Shown here: piece by piece, positions 37,495 to 50,400 of the stretch | Position numbering within the stretch: position 1 is the first letter of the stretch | How the letters are laid out: every line of letters starts with the position of its first letter | Assembly: GCF_036321535.1 (NCBI RefSeq) | Contig: NC_087437.1 | Location: forward strand, 42,534,001 to 42,598,000 | Length of the DNA stretch: 64,000 nt | From: Camelus dromedarius | Lineage: Eukaryota | Direction of reading: 5' to 3' | Program-made: the position numbers and the translations under genes | Notes under the pieces: model-generated | What the model saw: the letters and a program-made list of their open reading frames with translations, nothing else | What the model was told of the DNA's origin: nothing | The model's database searches: none

Positions 37495-38511
37495 CAGATG
37501 GTTCCTGATTTATGACTTAAAATTTTTTGACTTTATGATGGTGCAAAAATGATACACATTCAGTAGAAACCACACTTGAAATTTTGAATTTTGATCTTTT
37601 CCTGGCCTAGCGATATGGAGTCTGGTACTGTAATAGGGAGCAACAAATCTGACTCCATATTAGATCTGTTCCTTTAGCTCTAACCCTGTGCTCTGTTTCC
37701 TGTGCTCAGTCATGCTGGTTCTGTACCTTTTGTAACAGAATGTTGCCTATAGCCTGAAATACAGAGGATAGCCCATTCTCAAGGCTTTGACCTTTAAGGG
37801 TATAACATTTTTTCACTCACATAGAGATAAAAAGTTGCAGAACAGAGAATAACATTTGCCTTGTTAGAGGTTTACAGGAACATCATGACCTGACCTACTC
37901 TAACAGCTGCAAGAACAAAGGATTCTGACACCAAGAAGTTTGCAACGATCAACCCACCTCCCCTTTTTAGTATAAAAGGAGCCTGAATTCTGACTTGGGT
38001 AAGATGGTTCTCTAGGACATTAGTCCCCTATCTTCTCTGTCTGCTGGCTTTCTGAGTAAAGTCATTATTCCCAACACTTTGTCTTCCAATTTATTGGCCT
38101 GTTGTGTGGCGAGCAGAATGAGTCTCGTCTCGGTAAGAACACTCTGTCATAATGCTGAGCAGTGGCAGCGAGCCGCAGCTCCCAGTCAGTCACACAATCC
38201 CAAGGGTAAACAACCTTACCCTCTCACAACCATCCTGTACCCATACAACCATTCTAGTTTTCACTCTTAGTACTCTATTCCATAAATTACCTGAGCTATT
38301 CAACACTTTATTATAAAATAGGCTTTGTGTTGTTAGATGATCTTGCCCAACTGTAGGTGAATCCAAGTCCTCTGAGCGCATTTAAGGAAGGCTCGGCTGA
38401 GCTATGATGTTCAGAAGCTTGGGTGTATTAAATAATTTCCAACTTAATGATGTTTTCAGCTTACGATGGGTTTATTGAGATGTAACCCTACTGTAAGTCA
38501 AGGAAGATCTG
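37495..38511 (-). mobile_element. Tigger5/MER47-like DNA transposon, split by an LTR
   Basis: Termini CAGATGGTTCCTGATTTA and TAAGTCAAGGAAGATCTG+TA. The sequence resumes after the LTR (GCAGCGAGCCGCAGCTCCCAGTCAG). Confidence 0.8.
37629..38138 (+). mobile_element. Solo LTR (ERV1-like) nested in MER47
   Basis: Starts TGTAATAGGGAG..ATCTGACTCCATATT. TATA-like TATAAAAG ~37971, AGTAAA ~38055, ends CTCGGTAAGA. Confidence 0.8.
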
Positions 38512-41500
38512 TACTAAGCCGTAAAGTTCACTGAAGTTCTAGTTTTCCTCTCAAACATGACTATAGTGATTTCTGCAATTCACTTTTCCTGCTGGTTGAT
38601 GGTTCCTACTTCATTGATGCCCCCTGCAGGCTTTGTATATACCTTGGGAACCAGGGTGGTTTCTTTCCAGTAATGACAGTGAGAGGAAGTTGATCTCAAA
38701 TACAAATGCATGGGTAAATTATACTGAGAAGAAAGACACTGGGCTTGAAATGGGACTTCCTATTGGATTTCATGTAGTCTTGATTCAGGAGAGAAGATTA
38801 GGTTTGTTTATAGGGGTTTGTTTGTACATGTTCATGCCTTAGGGATTGGGTGCTCAAAGGATTTTTTTTTTTTAATCTTTTAAAGACATCTTTTCGGAGG
38901 AAAAAAGATAGATGAAATAAGAATCAGATCTGTCAGGAATTAATGTCGTGTTTATATGACTGTTGTGGTGGTTATAGAATGAGACTGTGTTTCCAGCGAT
39001 TAGCAGGGTGGACCAAAATCCTCTTGGCAAAGCAGCCATTTCACTCCACCAATAGTGGATTTGATAACGTTAGTTTCCTTGCTCTGTTCCAAGTTAGTTT
39101 CCAGACCAAATACTTTTAAATATTTATCATCCAAAGTGGTTTGAATTTTAATTCTTATTAGAATGACAATTGTTTTCAAACAGGCTTGAAATTAATTTCT
39201 AAAATAAAGTTAGTTTCTGAAACGGAGTTCTTTCTGCTATTCATAATATAGCAGTTTCCTTTAGCTTTTGGCTAGCATTCAAACAGACAAACAAGCCTCA
39301 TATTTCCCCTTTCTGATTTAGTGAATTTAGTATGTTAGCCAATATTTTAGTCGTAAAAGTAAAAGGCATAAATTCTGAGGCACCTACCCCTGAGATATTA
39401 CAAAGTGTGCAAAAAACCTTCCTGCTAAACTGTATTATCAATTCCTAATTGAAAATTCCCATAATAATAAATAGCACTTAAAAAATTATGTTTAGTATAG
39501 AGCTGAAGAGCATTTTTAAAACCTTGATATTATTTTGTTTAGAAAAACCAGGACTCTTTAAAAATATGTTTTCAAGTTTAATGGCATAATTTATCTGAAG
39601 GTTTGAGTATATTTTTTTTAACTTTTTGAGATAATTGCAGATTCACATGCATCAGTAAGAAGTAATACACTTGCCCTTTTGTAGCCACACCCATTTTCCT
39701 CCTTGCCCCACCCTCTTATCCTAATTCTTGTCAACCACTAATGTGTTGTCCATTTCTATAATTTTGTCATTTTAAGAAGGTTATATAAATGGAATCATAT
39801 AGTATATAACTCCATTATTCTCTGGGGATTTATTCAGGTTATTGTATGTATCAAGTTTGTTCCTTTTTGTTGCTGAGTAGTATTCCATGGTATGGATGCA
39901 CAGTTTAATGATTCACTCTTTGAAGGATATGTACATTGCTTCCAAGTTTTGGCTTTTATGAATTAAGTTGCTATAAACATTTGTGTACAGGTTTTTGTGT
40001 GAATATAAGACTTCATTTCTTTGGGATAAATAAATGCCGAGGAGTACTGCTGCTTGGTCATATGTTAGTGCATAATTAATTTTTTTTAGAAACTGTCATA
40101 TTTCCTTCAGTTACTTCATTTTACATTTCTACCAGCAGTGTATGAGTGACCTAATTTCTCTGCATCCTCACCAACATTTAGTGCTGCTACTAATTTTTAT
40201 TTTAGCCATTTTGATAGGTATGTATTGATTTATCTCATTACAGTTTTAATTTGCATTTCTCTAATGACAAATCATGCTGAACATCTGTTAATGTGCTTAA
40301 TTGGCATTCTCTTTGGTGAAATGTCTGTTCATGTCTTTTACCTCCTTTCAAATTGAATCAACTTTTTTTTACTGTTGAATTTTGAGAGGTCTTTATATAA
40401 TCTAAATACTTATCTTTTGTTGGACATATGGTTTGAAAATGTTTTCTCTCACTCTGTAGCTTGTTATTTCATCCTTTTTAACAGGGTTTTTCTGATTTCA
40501 ATTTTGCTCATCACAGAGTGAAACTTTTTAATTTTGATGATGTCTAACTTATCAATTAGACTTTTATGGATCAGACTTTTGGTGTCAAGTCTAAGAAAAG
40601 AACTTTGTATAGACTAAGATCCCAAAGATTTTCTTCTATTTTTTTCTAAAAGTTAGTCAATTTCTATGTCAAGTGTCTTGTTTGTTTGTTTGTTTTGGTT
40701 TGTTTTTACCTATGGGTGTCCAAATACTCTTGCACCATTTGTTGAAAAGGCTGTCTTTCCTTTATTGAATTGCATTTGCACCTTTATAAAAAAATCAATT
40801 AAGCGTATTTTTGTGAGTTTACTTCTAGGTTTTTAATTTCATTTCATTGACCTATGTTTCTGTCACCCACGTCCACCAGTACCACAAAGTCTGGGTTACT
40901 GTAGCTATATAAAAAGTCTTGAAATCAGGTAGACTGATTGCTTTCAGTTCACTCTCTTTCTACGGTGTTTTAGCTATTCCATTTACTATGGCATTCCATA
41001 TAAATTTTAAAGTAGCCTTGTCTTTATTTATGAAAATTCTTGCTGAGATTTTAATAGGAATTGCATTATACCATTTTGTTGATATGGTAGATTACATTGA
41101 ATTTTAAATATTCAAGCAGTCTTGCTTGCATCCCTGGCATGAACCCAACTTGGTTATGGCATGTAATTCTTTTTACATATTGCTGAGTTCAATTTGCTAA
41201 CATTTTAAAGATTTTTGCCTCTGTATTCATAAGGGAGTTTGCAGAGGGTTTTTTTGGGTACTGTTTCTGTCTGTTTTGTATCAGGTAATACCAACTTCAT
41301 AACATGAATTGGAGAGGGCTTCCTCCTCTTAATGTTTTTTGAAAGAGATTGTATAGAATTGGTGTCAAACCACATTGGCTTGGAGACTTCTTTTGGGGGA
41401 GTTTAAAATTATGAATTAAATTCCTTTAATAGTTACAGAATGATTCAAATTATTTCATGTTGAGTGAGTTATGGTACTTTGTGTTTCTTGAGAAATTGAC

Positions 41501-44500
41501 ACATTTCATCTACATTGTTAAATTTATGTGTGTGGAGTTCATCATCGTAGTTCCTTATCATTTTGACATCTGCAGGGTCTATAGTGATATCCTGTTTTAT
41601 TCCTAATATAGATGGTTTGTGTCTTCTCTCTTTTTTTCTTCATTAGTCTTGCTAGAGGTTTGTAAATTTTATTAACCTGTTCAAAAAATCAGCTGTTTCA
41701 TTTATTTTCTCTATTTTTCTGTTTTCTACTTCATTGATTTCTAATCTTTGTTATTTCCTTCTGTATGCTTGTTTTGAGTTTATTGTGCTCTTTTTTCCCC
41801 TAGGTTTTTGAGTCAGGGCTTCAATTATTTCCTCTTTTATAATGTACACACTTAGTGTTATAAAGTTCTTTTTCACTGCTGCTTTATCTGTATCCCACAA
41901 ATTTTGATATTTTCTATTTTCACTTTCATTCAGTTCAATGTATGTTTTTTTCAGTTTCCTTTACACTTCTTTTTTTGATCCATGGACTCTTCAAGTATTT
42001 AGAAAATTCCTTGTTATTTTTCTATTATTGATTTCCAGTTTGATTCTATTGCAGTTGAAAATATTTAAGATTTCAGTTTTTAAACATTTGTTGAGATCTA
42101 TTTATGGCCCAGGATATGGTCTGTTTTTGTATGTGTTCTATGGGCACTTGAAAAGAATATGTATTCTGCTTCTAGGGGATGGATTGTTCTGTAAATGTTG
42201 GTTAGATCCCATTGGTTGATGGTGTTGTTGAGTTCTATATCCTTGCTGATTTTTCTGCTTAGTTGTTCTATCAATTGTTGAAAGATAGAGGGTGAAATAG
42301 CCAACTATAATTGTGGAAATGTCTATTTTTCCTTTTAGTCCTATCAGTTTTTGTTTCATGTATTTTGCAGCCTTGTTGTCTGGTGCATACACATTTAGGA
42401 TTGCTATGTTTTCTTGGTAGACTAATCCTTTTATCATTATATAATGTTTCTCTCTGTAATGTCCTCTCTGCCTCTGGTCACTTTCTTTTCTTTGAAGTCC
42501 ACTTTGTCTGATATTAATACAACCACTACTGCCTTCCTTATATTAATATTTGTGTGCTATATCTTTTTCCACCCTTGGACTTTTAGCCCACCTATGTCAC
42601 TATATTTGAAGTGAATTTGTAGACAGTATATGGTTGAATCATAATTTTAAATTCATGTTGTGCCAATCTCTGTCTTTAAATTGGTGTATTTAGACTATTT
42701 ATGTTTATGATAATTATTGGTATGTTAGGACTTAGATTATCTTTTTTTTTTTTTGCTTTCTTTTTTCCTTTGGTTTTTGCTTCTCTCTTTTTTTCCCTTA
42801 CCTTCCTATATGTACTTGAACATTTTTTATAATTCCATTTTAATATATTTAGAGTATTTTTAGTGGATCTTTTTGTATTGTTTATTTTGTTCTAGGATAT
42901 ATTACATATATTTATATATATACTGTATATATATGTCTATATGTATATATATTTCAGGTTACTGGTGTCATTGTTTTAAGTTCAATTGAAAAATTTAGTA
43001 TCTCTTTATCCTCTTTCATTTATAATTGTCTTAAAGTTATTAATTATTGATTCAATTTCTTTAATAAATATAGGTCTATTTATTCTTTTCTGAGTTTTGG
43101 CAGATTGTGTCTTTCAAGGAATTGGACCATTTCAGATGGGTTATCATATTGTGGGCATAAAACTGTTCAGAGTATTTCTTTATTATCCTTTTAATTTCCA
43201 TGGGATCTATAGTGATGTCCTTTCTTTCATTTCTAATGTTAGTAATTTGTGTCCTCTTTTTTTCCCCTTGGTTAGATGGCTAGAAACCTTTCAATTTTAT
43301 TGATCTTTTCAAAGAATCATCTTTTGGTTTGGTTGATTTTCTCTATTGATTTTCTATTTTCACTTTCATTGATTTCTGCTGTAACACATTTTATTTCCTT
43401 CTGCTTACTTTGGATTTATTTGCTCCTATTTTTCTAGTTTCCTAAGGTGAAACTTAGATCATTGATTCTAGATCTTTCTTCCTCCCCAATATGTGCAGTC
43501 CATACTGTAAATTTCCCTCTGAGCACTACTTTCACTGCATCCCACAAAGTTTGAGAAGTTGTGTTTTTATTTTCAGTTAGTTCAACATATTGTAATATTT
43601 TTGAGATTTCTTCTTTGATCCATGTGTGATTTAGAAGTGTGTTATTAATCTGCACATATTCTAAGATTTTCTAGTTATCTTTCTGTAATCAATCTCTAGC
43701 TTAATTCCATTGTAGTCTGAGAGCAGACATTGTATGGTATCTGTTATTTTAAATTTGTTAGGGTATGTTTTATGGCTCAGAATATGGCCCAGAATGTGGC
43801 TCAGATTAGTGTTTTTCATGGTTTTAAGAAATACGTGTATTTTGCTTTGTTCAATAAGATAGTATGTAGAGATCCATTATATCTAGTTGATTAATGGTGT
43901 TATTGGGTTCAACTATGTCCTTACTGGTTTTCTGCCTGGTGGATCTTTTCATTTGTGATAGAGTGGTATTGAAGTCTCTTAACTATGATAGTGGATTCAT
44001 CTGTTTGTCCTTGCAGTCCTATCAGTTTTGGCCTCATGAAGTTTGAAGTTTTATTGTTAGGTACACACACATTAAAAAAAAAAGTCTTCTTGGAGAACTG
44101 ACACCTTTATCATTATGTAATGCCCTTCTTGATCTCTAATATTATGTTTCTTACTTTGAAGTCTGCTCTGTCTGGATTTAACATAGCTGCTTCCACTTTC
44201 TTTTGATTAGTGCTAGCATGGTATATTTTTCTCCATCCATTTACTTTTAATATATATATGTTTGTATACTTAAAGTGGGTTTATTGTAGACAGCATATAG
44301 TTGGGACATATTTTTTGATCCACTCTGACAACCTGATTTTTTGATTGGTGCATTTATATGATTGGCATTCAAAGTATTTATTGACATTATTGAATTAATA
44401 TCTACCATATTCATTACCATTTTCTATTTGTTGCCTTTGTTCTTTGTTTCTATTTTTGTTTTCGCTGAGAGTTTAGTTAAGCTACTCCATGGTACTTCTG

Positions 44501-44691
44501 TCATAGAATCCATCTTGTTGCATCCAAATGCCCTGCAAGGGGCCTTAAACTGATACTAACTCTTCATGCAAGCACTTGCCTTTTATAACAACCTGTGGAG
44601 TCACAAGCAAATGTAAATCCTGATATGACTTCTGCCAGTAGTCCTTGTGATCAACAGTCCCTCCCAGGGCCTTTCCCTTGGGCATCTTTTA

Positions 44692-45030
44692 GATAAACTT
44701 ATAAGCTTAATTAGGTCCCACTTATTTATTTTTGCTTTTATTTCTATTGCCTCAATAGATAGCCCTAGGAGAACACTGCTGAGATTCATGCCAGAGAATA
44801 TTTTGCCTATGTTTTCTTCTAGGAGGTTTATGTTGTCTTGTCTTATGTTTTTGTCTTTAAGCCATTTTGAATTTATTTTTGTGTATGGTGTGAGGGATTT
44901 TTCTGACTTCATTGATTTGCATACAGCTGTCCAGCTTTCCCAACACCAGTTGCTGAAGAGGCTATCTTTCCTCTATTGTATATTCTTGCCTGCTTTGTTG
45001 AAGATTGATTGATTGTAGATGTGTAGGTGT
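44692..45030 (-). mobile_element. Younger L1 ORF2 internal fragment
   Basis: ORF 44601-44912 LTPYTKINSKWLKD.NIRQDNINLLEENIGK...KAKINKWDLIKL; it stays open, unlike the host L1. Confidence 0.9.
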
Positions 45031-45183
45031 CCAAGTCTACTTTCAAACAACACTATATCACTACACAGGTAGTGTGTGTACCTTTTAATAATAAAATTAT
45101 CCTAATTAATTTCTCCTATCCCTAATATCATTGCTGTCATTCATTTTATTTATTTAGAAGCAAACATAAGCATTTGTATATAT

Positions 45184-45211
45184 GTGTGTGTGTATATATA
45201 TACACACACAC
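45184..45211. repeat. Perfect 28-bp purine-pyrimidine palindrome (GT)4G(TA)5C(AC)4
   Basis: GTGTGTGTGTATATATATACACACACAC equals its own reverse complement. Confidence 0.95.
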
Positions 45212-47224
45212 GTACACATATAAGATATATATATAATCATACGTAATTGAATATACTATTGCTATTATATACATAAGCATACATAATTGAATATGCTGTT
45301 ACTATTATTATTGTCCATCTTGTCTTGCATGCTGTTTACTTTATCCATTAGAATCCTTAGCATATTAATCATAGTTGTGTTAAATTCTCAGTCTGATACT
45401 TCCAACATCTCTGCCATATCTAGTTTGGATGCTTGCTTTGTCTCTTCAAATTGTATTTTTTGCTTTTTGGTATGCCTTGTAATTTTTTCTCGCTAGCCGG
45501 ACATGCTGTACTGGGTAAAAGGAACTGCTGTAAATAGGCCTTTAGTACTGTGGTGGTGATTTGTGAGGGGAGGGGAAGAATTCTATAGTAATATGATTAG
45601 GTTTCAGTCTTTTATTGAGCCTGTGCCTCTGGACTGTGAACTTCACAAGTGTTCCTCAGTTTTTTTGTCTCCTCTTAGGTGGGACAGGATGGGTAGTGTG
45701 GGCTGGAATTGGGTATTTTCCTTCCCCAGGACAGTTAGGCCCTGATAATACTCCATAGGTGAGGCTCTGTTTAACTAGTTTCTTCTGAGGGCAGGCCTTG
45801 CTGAGAAGAACAGAGTGCTCTGACATATTTCAGAATGATTCTTTTCACCCTTCTCCTTCCAGAGGCCCAAGGGGATTTTCCTCCTGTATTTATTATGGGA
45901 ACCTCGTTGAGCTCACGGAGGTAAATCTCATAATATTGTGACTTCCTCTATGACTGGGTCCCCCTAGAGTTTTTAATACTCAGTGTTACCTGCACAGAGC
46001 ATCCAGCAATCTGTCAATTATAATTCAGCTTTTCCAGCCTCAGGATTGGTTCCCATCACAGTTTCCACTCATGAGTCTCTGCTTTGGAAAGCCACATCTC
46101 TCTAGTCTTGGGAGCAGTGGTTTGTCTTCTTTCCTTCACTCTCTTACAGATTCAAGAGAGTTATAGATCATTTTAGTCTGTTCAGCTTTTTACATGTTGT
46201 TAGAATGGAGTGGTGATTTTCAAGCTTCTTATATGTGGAACTGAGAACCATAGATCCACATACATTTAGGATCATATGATAGGATGTTAATATTTTTGCT
46301 TCTACCATCAAACATAATGAAGACAGTCTGTTTTCACTCATATTTTTGCTTGCTGTGTTCTTTCAATTTTCTTGATATTTCAGAGTTTTTATTGTTTCTT
46401 TTCTATTTAGAGAACTTTCTTCAGCCATTTTTTAGGGTGAGTTGGCTGATGACAAATTCTTAGTTTTGCTTCATCTAAGAATGTCTTGATTTCTCCTGCA
46501 TTCCTGAAAGATATTTTCACTGGGAATAGCATTCTGTGTTGACAGTTCTTTTCTGTCAGTACTTGAAAAATATGCCACTTTCTTTTGGCCTCAATATTTT
46601 TTAATGAAAAAATCCGCTGTCATTCAAATTGCTTTTCCCTTATAGTTAGTGAATCATTTCTCTTTTTAGCTGCTTTCAAGATTTTTCTTTGTCTTTAGTT
46701 TTTAAAGTCTGACTGTGCTGCATCGTGGTGTGAATTTGAATTTATTCTATTTGGGGTTCACTCAGATTCCTAAATCTATAGTTTTATGTGTTTTGCCAAA
46801 TTAAGGAAGTTTTCAGCTGTTATTTCTTTGGGTACTTTTTCATTTCTGCCCATTTTCTCCTATCCTGGGACTCTGATTACATGAATGCTAGATCTGTTGT
46901 CATAGTCTCACAGGTCCTTGAGGATCTGTTCTTTTTTTTTTTTTTTCAGTCTATTTTTCTGTTGTTTCAGTTGGATCATTTCTGTTGTCTTAACTTCATT
47001 TCATTGATTCTTTCCTCTTTGCCTGTCATTCTGCTGTTGAGCCCCTCAATTGAGTATTAAATTTTGGTTATTTGCACTTTGCGATTCCAAAATTTCTATT
47101 TGGTTCTTCTTGTGTCTTCTATTTTGTTTGCTGAGACTCTCCAGATTCCTGGAAGTAGAAGCCCTGTATCATGGCTTTTAATAAATGATTTCTGACTTCT
47201 GTTCCTCAGGGAGATGTACTTTTG

Positions 47225-47346
47225 ATTTTTGTCAAAAGGAGGTAATTAGGGTTATTTATTTATTTTTTAACGGAGGCACTGGGGATTGAACCAGGACCTC
47301 GTGCATGTTAAGCATGTGCTCTACCTCTGAGCTATACCCTCCCCCC
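47225..47346 (-). mobile_element. tRNA-derived SINE (camelid vic-1-like)
   Basis: Antisense GGGGAGGGTATAGCTCAGAGGTAGAGCACATGCTTAACATGCACGAGGTCCTGGTTCAATCCCCAGTGCCTCC. Flanked by GGGAGATGTACTTTT / GGGAAAATGTACTTTT. Confidence 0.9.
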
Positions 47347-47369
47347 GGGAAAATGTACTTTTATTTCTT

Positions 47370-47490
47370 TTTTTTTAATTTTTAAATTTTTTAAACATTT
47401 TTTATCGATTTATAATCATTTTACAATGTTGTGTCAAATTCCAGTGTAGAGCACAATTTTTCAGTTATATATGAACATATATATATATTC
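47370..47490 (-). mobile_element. Very short young L1 3'-end insertion
   Basis: T-rich tail + TTATAATCATTTTACAATGTTGTGTCAAATTCCAGTGTAGAGCAC, with a perfect 17-bp TSD ATGTACTTTTATTTCTT (47353-47369, 47491-47507). Confidence 0.88.
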
Positions 47491-50400
47491 ATGTACTTTT
47501 ATTTCTTGAATCAGTTTTCCCAGTTGCGTCTAAAAATCACCAATATGATGAAGTGAATCACTGTGAAGCTGAAGGGGGTCTTCTCTCCATAAGAGATCAG
47601 GAAGGTAATTCCTTTCAATTCAGTAAGAAAGAAGCCTAACTCCATGCTGTCTCTAGGTTAGGAGCTCTAGCGTAGGTCCGTATTCATCTTTTCACCAGCC
47701 ACTTCATGTTCTTCTCCAAAACCTCTTCTCTAGCATAAAGCCATTTCAGCAGAGTGCACATTCGTTTTACACACAGTTTCAATGAGGCTAAGAGATATGG
47801 GCGTGCTGGTGTTCATGGCATTTGTGTGTGTTTTAGATTACAGTCTTGTTCCCTCCTCCACATGCACTATTTTAAGAAAGTCATAATCAGAATGACAAAC
47901 AACCCATACCTTCCTTTGGGGCTGCATGGAAAGGCACTTTTATTTTTGCCCTTCTCCAAAAGATGAAAGGTATAATGAGTACACTATAAATGATTAAATG
48001 AGCTACAAGTCAGCTGCTCTGAACTCTGTATTAATCCCACTTTCAAAACAGAATGGAAGATGTCCTATGGTTCATTTAGCTACCAAGTGGTATAAGCTGT
48101 TATTTTGTTATTCTCCAAAATTATAAAGAATTGCAAAACTTAATGTATATAATACATGCAGTAAAATGCTGGGCTGCCAAGCAGAAGAGATACTTAGGTA
48201 ATTTAAAGGGAGTAACTTTTAGAGTGAACAGCGAACTCACTCTTCATTTCAAAATGAAATTGAGATATATGCTCCCCTCCCTTGCATGAGAATATTCCAC
48301 TGAACTTCTGAAAGATGCATTTTGAAAGTCTTTTACAGAGATCAAAACACTAATAGGTTTGGCGTAAGATGAGCATTTCCAATTTATGTTGTAGTCAACT
48401 CCCTGTGTTTGCTCACTAGTGGGACAGGCAGGGAGGGCTCCCAGGAAGTGAAGGAGTAACAGTATGCTGTCCAGTCCCAGCCGCAAGGTCTCTGTGCTGG
48501 GATGTAAGACATGGAGGGGTTATAGTAATAAGTGTTTCTGAAATTGTGTTTTCATTGAGATCCTGGTGCATTTCAGAGCACTTATTCAGGTAATAGACCA
48601 GAGAATGACCCTTAGAGCAACCATAAATACACTACAGGAATGACCTGACTTCCAAGCTGTTTTCTTAAAGTTCTGATGTTGCAGGAAGAAGGAAGATGGT
48701 GAGCTATCAAAGCAAGCTATACACAGTACATCTGTAAAGGGAGGAATGGTGAGGAAGGACATTAAGAGGGCATGACCCAGGGGAGGGTGGGTGCCAGGGT
48801 TCAGATTTGGTTAGGAAGCTGCTTCAAAGCAGTCTGGGTGAGTCGCCAGCCTGGCCTCTGAGCTGTGATCTAGAGATGGACAGATGCCTGCGATAGCCCC
48901 TGATGCTCCTGTCCCACTCACTGCTGAGAAACAGACTTAAAGGTTGTCTTGTTGGTTGTCCTATAGGATCTGAGCTTGGGTCAGGCAATGTTCGTTGTGT
49001 CACTGACTTTCAGTAGCTGTATTTGGTTTAGCTTAAATATTCTAACTAATGACTAGGAACAGAGCCTTTGACCCAAACAAATCTGATTCAAAACCAAATG
49101 TTGTCACTACAGACTTGGGGTGGTTTCCTTGTTAATTCTACAAAGCTCTTTTTCCTCATCTTTCAAAGTAAAGATGATGATGTCTTTCTCCTAGGATGTT
49201 GCAGTCATTAAATGCAATAACTTCTTGAAGGGCTTGGCATATACTTAGTGATAAATAGTCATCATTGATGATATTTGTAGTCATCATATTTAAAATTTTT
49301 CCATCACATTATTAACTTAATTATTTACCAGAAATAAATTTTTCTGTAGCTTGTTTCCATTGTGATAGTTATTTAAAAGCAAGCTTCAAACAGACTAACA
49401 TACTTTGATCAATTGTTGGACATCGTGGTATTTTATTAGGTACGTGAGCACCTAATAAATGGCTCACTAGCTTTGTCTACCTCTTGATAAGCTCCTGGCT
49501 AAAAAGGCAAAGCTCCTGGATTCATGCTCCCTAGATGAGGGCCATGCTAGATCTGAAATCTGCACAGAAATGCTTCTGCTGCAGAAATTTCCGGCCAAAT
49601 CATCAATGTTTTGGAATACTTTCTGCCAACAAAGTATATAAAAGAGGTATTTCCAGTTTTGGAAGAAAGGCCAAATACAGGTAGAAAGTCAGTGATTAGA
49701 AAATGCACCTGTTGAAAATGTTTAACAAATTACCCATATACTTTTTCCTTTCAGTCAGAGGAGAAAGATGTTGTTTGGTTTAAGTGATGACTGAAATTCA
49801 CCATCTATGTGGAGTGCTGTGTTGTGGGCGGGAGAGATGGCCAGAACCAAGGCTTTCCGTTTTCTCCACATGTCGGACTAAACATGGCTTTGCTGTGTGT
49901 CTGAGGATGAGGTCCTCCCTCCAGGTCTGGCTACCCCGGGGCTCAGCCTCTGCCCACAATCAGGAGGTTCTGCCAGGGCTTCGGTGGAGGCTCCCCCACT
50001 ACAATTGCTGGCTTAGACACCTTCTGGCAGACTCATTCATCCTGGGAACCGTAATGATTCATCCCAGGCACCTGGCCTCTTCAGCCCCTTGGGCCTTGCC
50101 CCCATCCCTCCTCAGCACGGTCAGCAACAAGAGCGCTTAGGTTTCTGTACATGATCTGCATTACGCTGTGGACAGAACTGCTTAGCGGTGCTTGGAGCGC
50201 ACACTGTAAAGGAATCTGGGAATATGCTAATGAGGAAGTCCAGAACCAGAAGCGGAGAAGATTCACAATCAAATTGCAATAAATCTATGAAGACTCCTTA
50301 AAGAACAAGACACACAGGAAAAGCCTGATTGCTTTGCAAATGAGTGGTACAGTTGCTGAATCGTTGAAAAGACAGCAGGACTTTCAGAGTGGCACAACTG

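Larger units (their letters stand above)
39610..47140 (-). mobile_element. Composite old LINE-1 block (L1MC/MD-like), at least two elements nested
   Basis: Endonuclease-domain ORF fragments appear twice (42138-42437 QENIAILNVYAPDNKAAKYMKQKL; 43434-43655 INNTLLNHTWIKEEISK..KNTTSQTLWDAVKVVLRGKF). The 3'UTR is at the left end. Confidence 0.9.
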
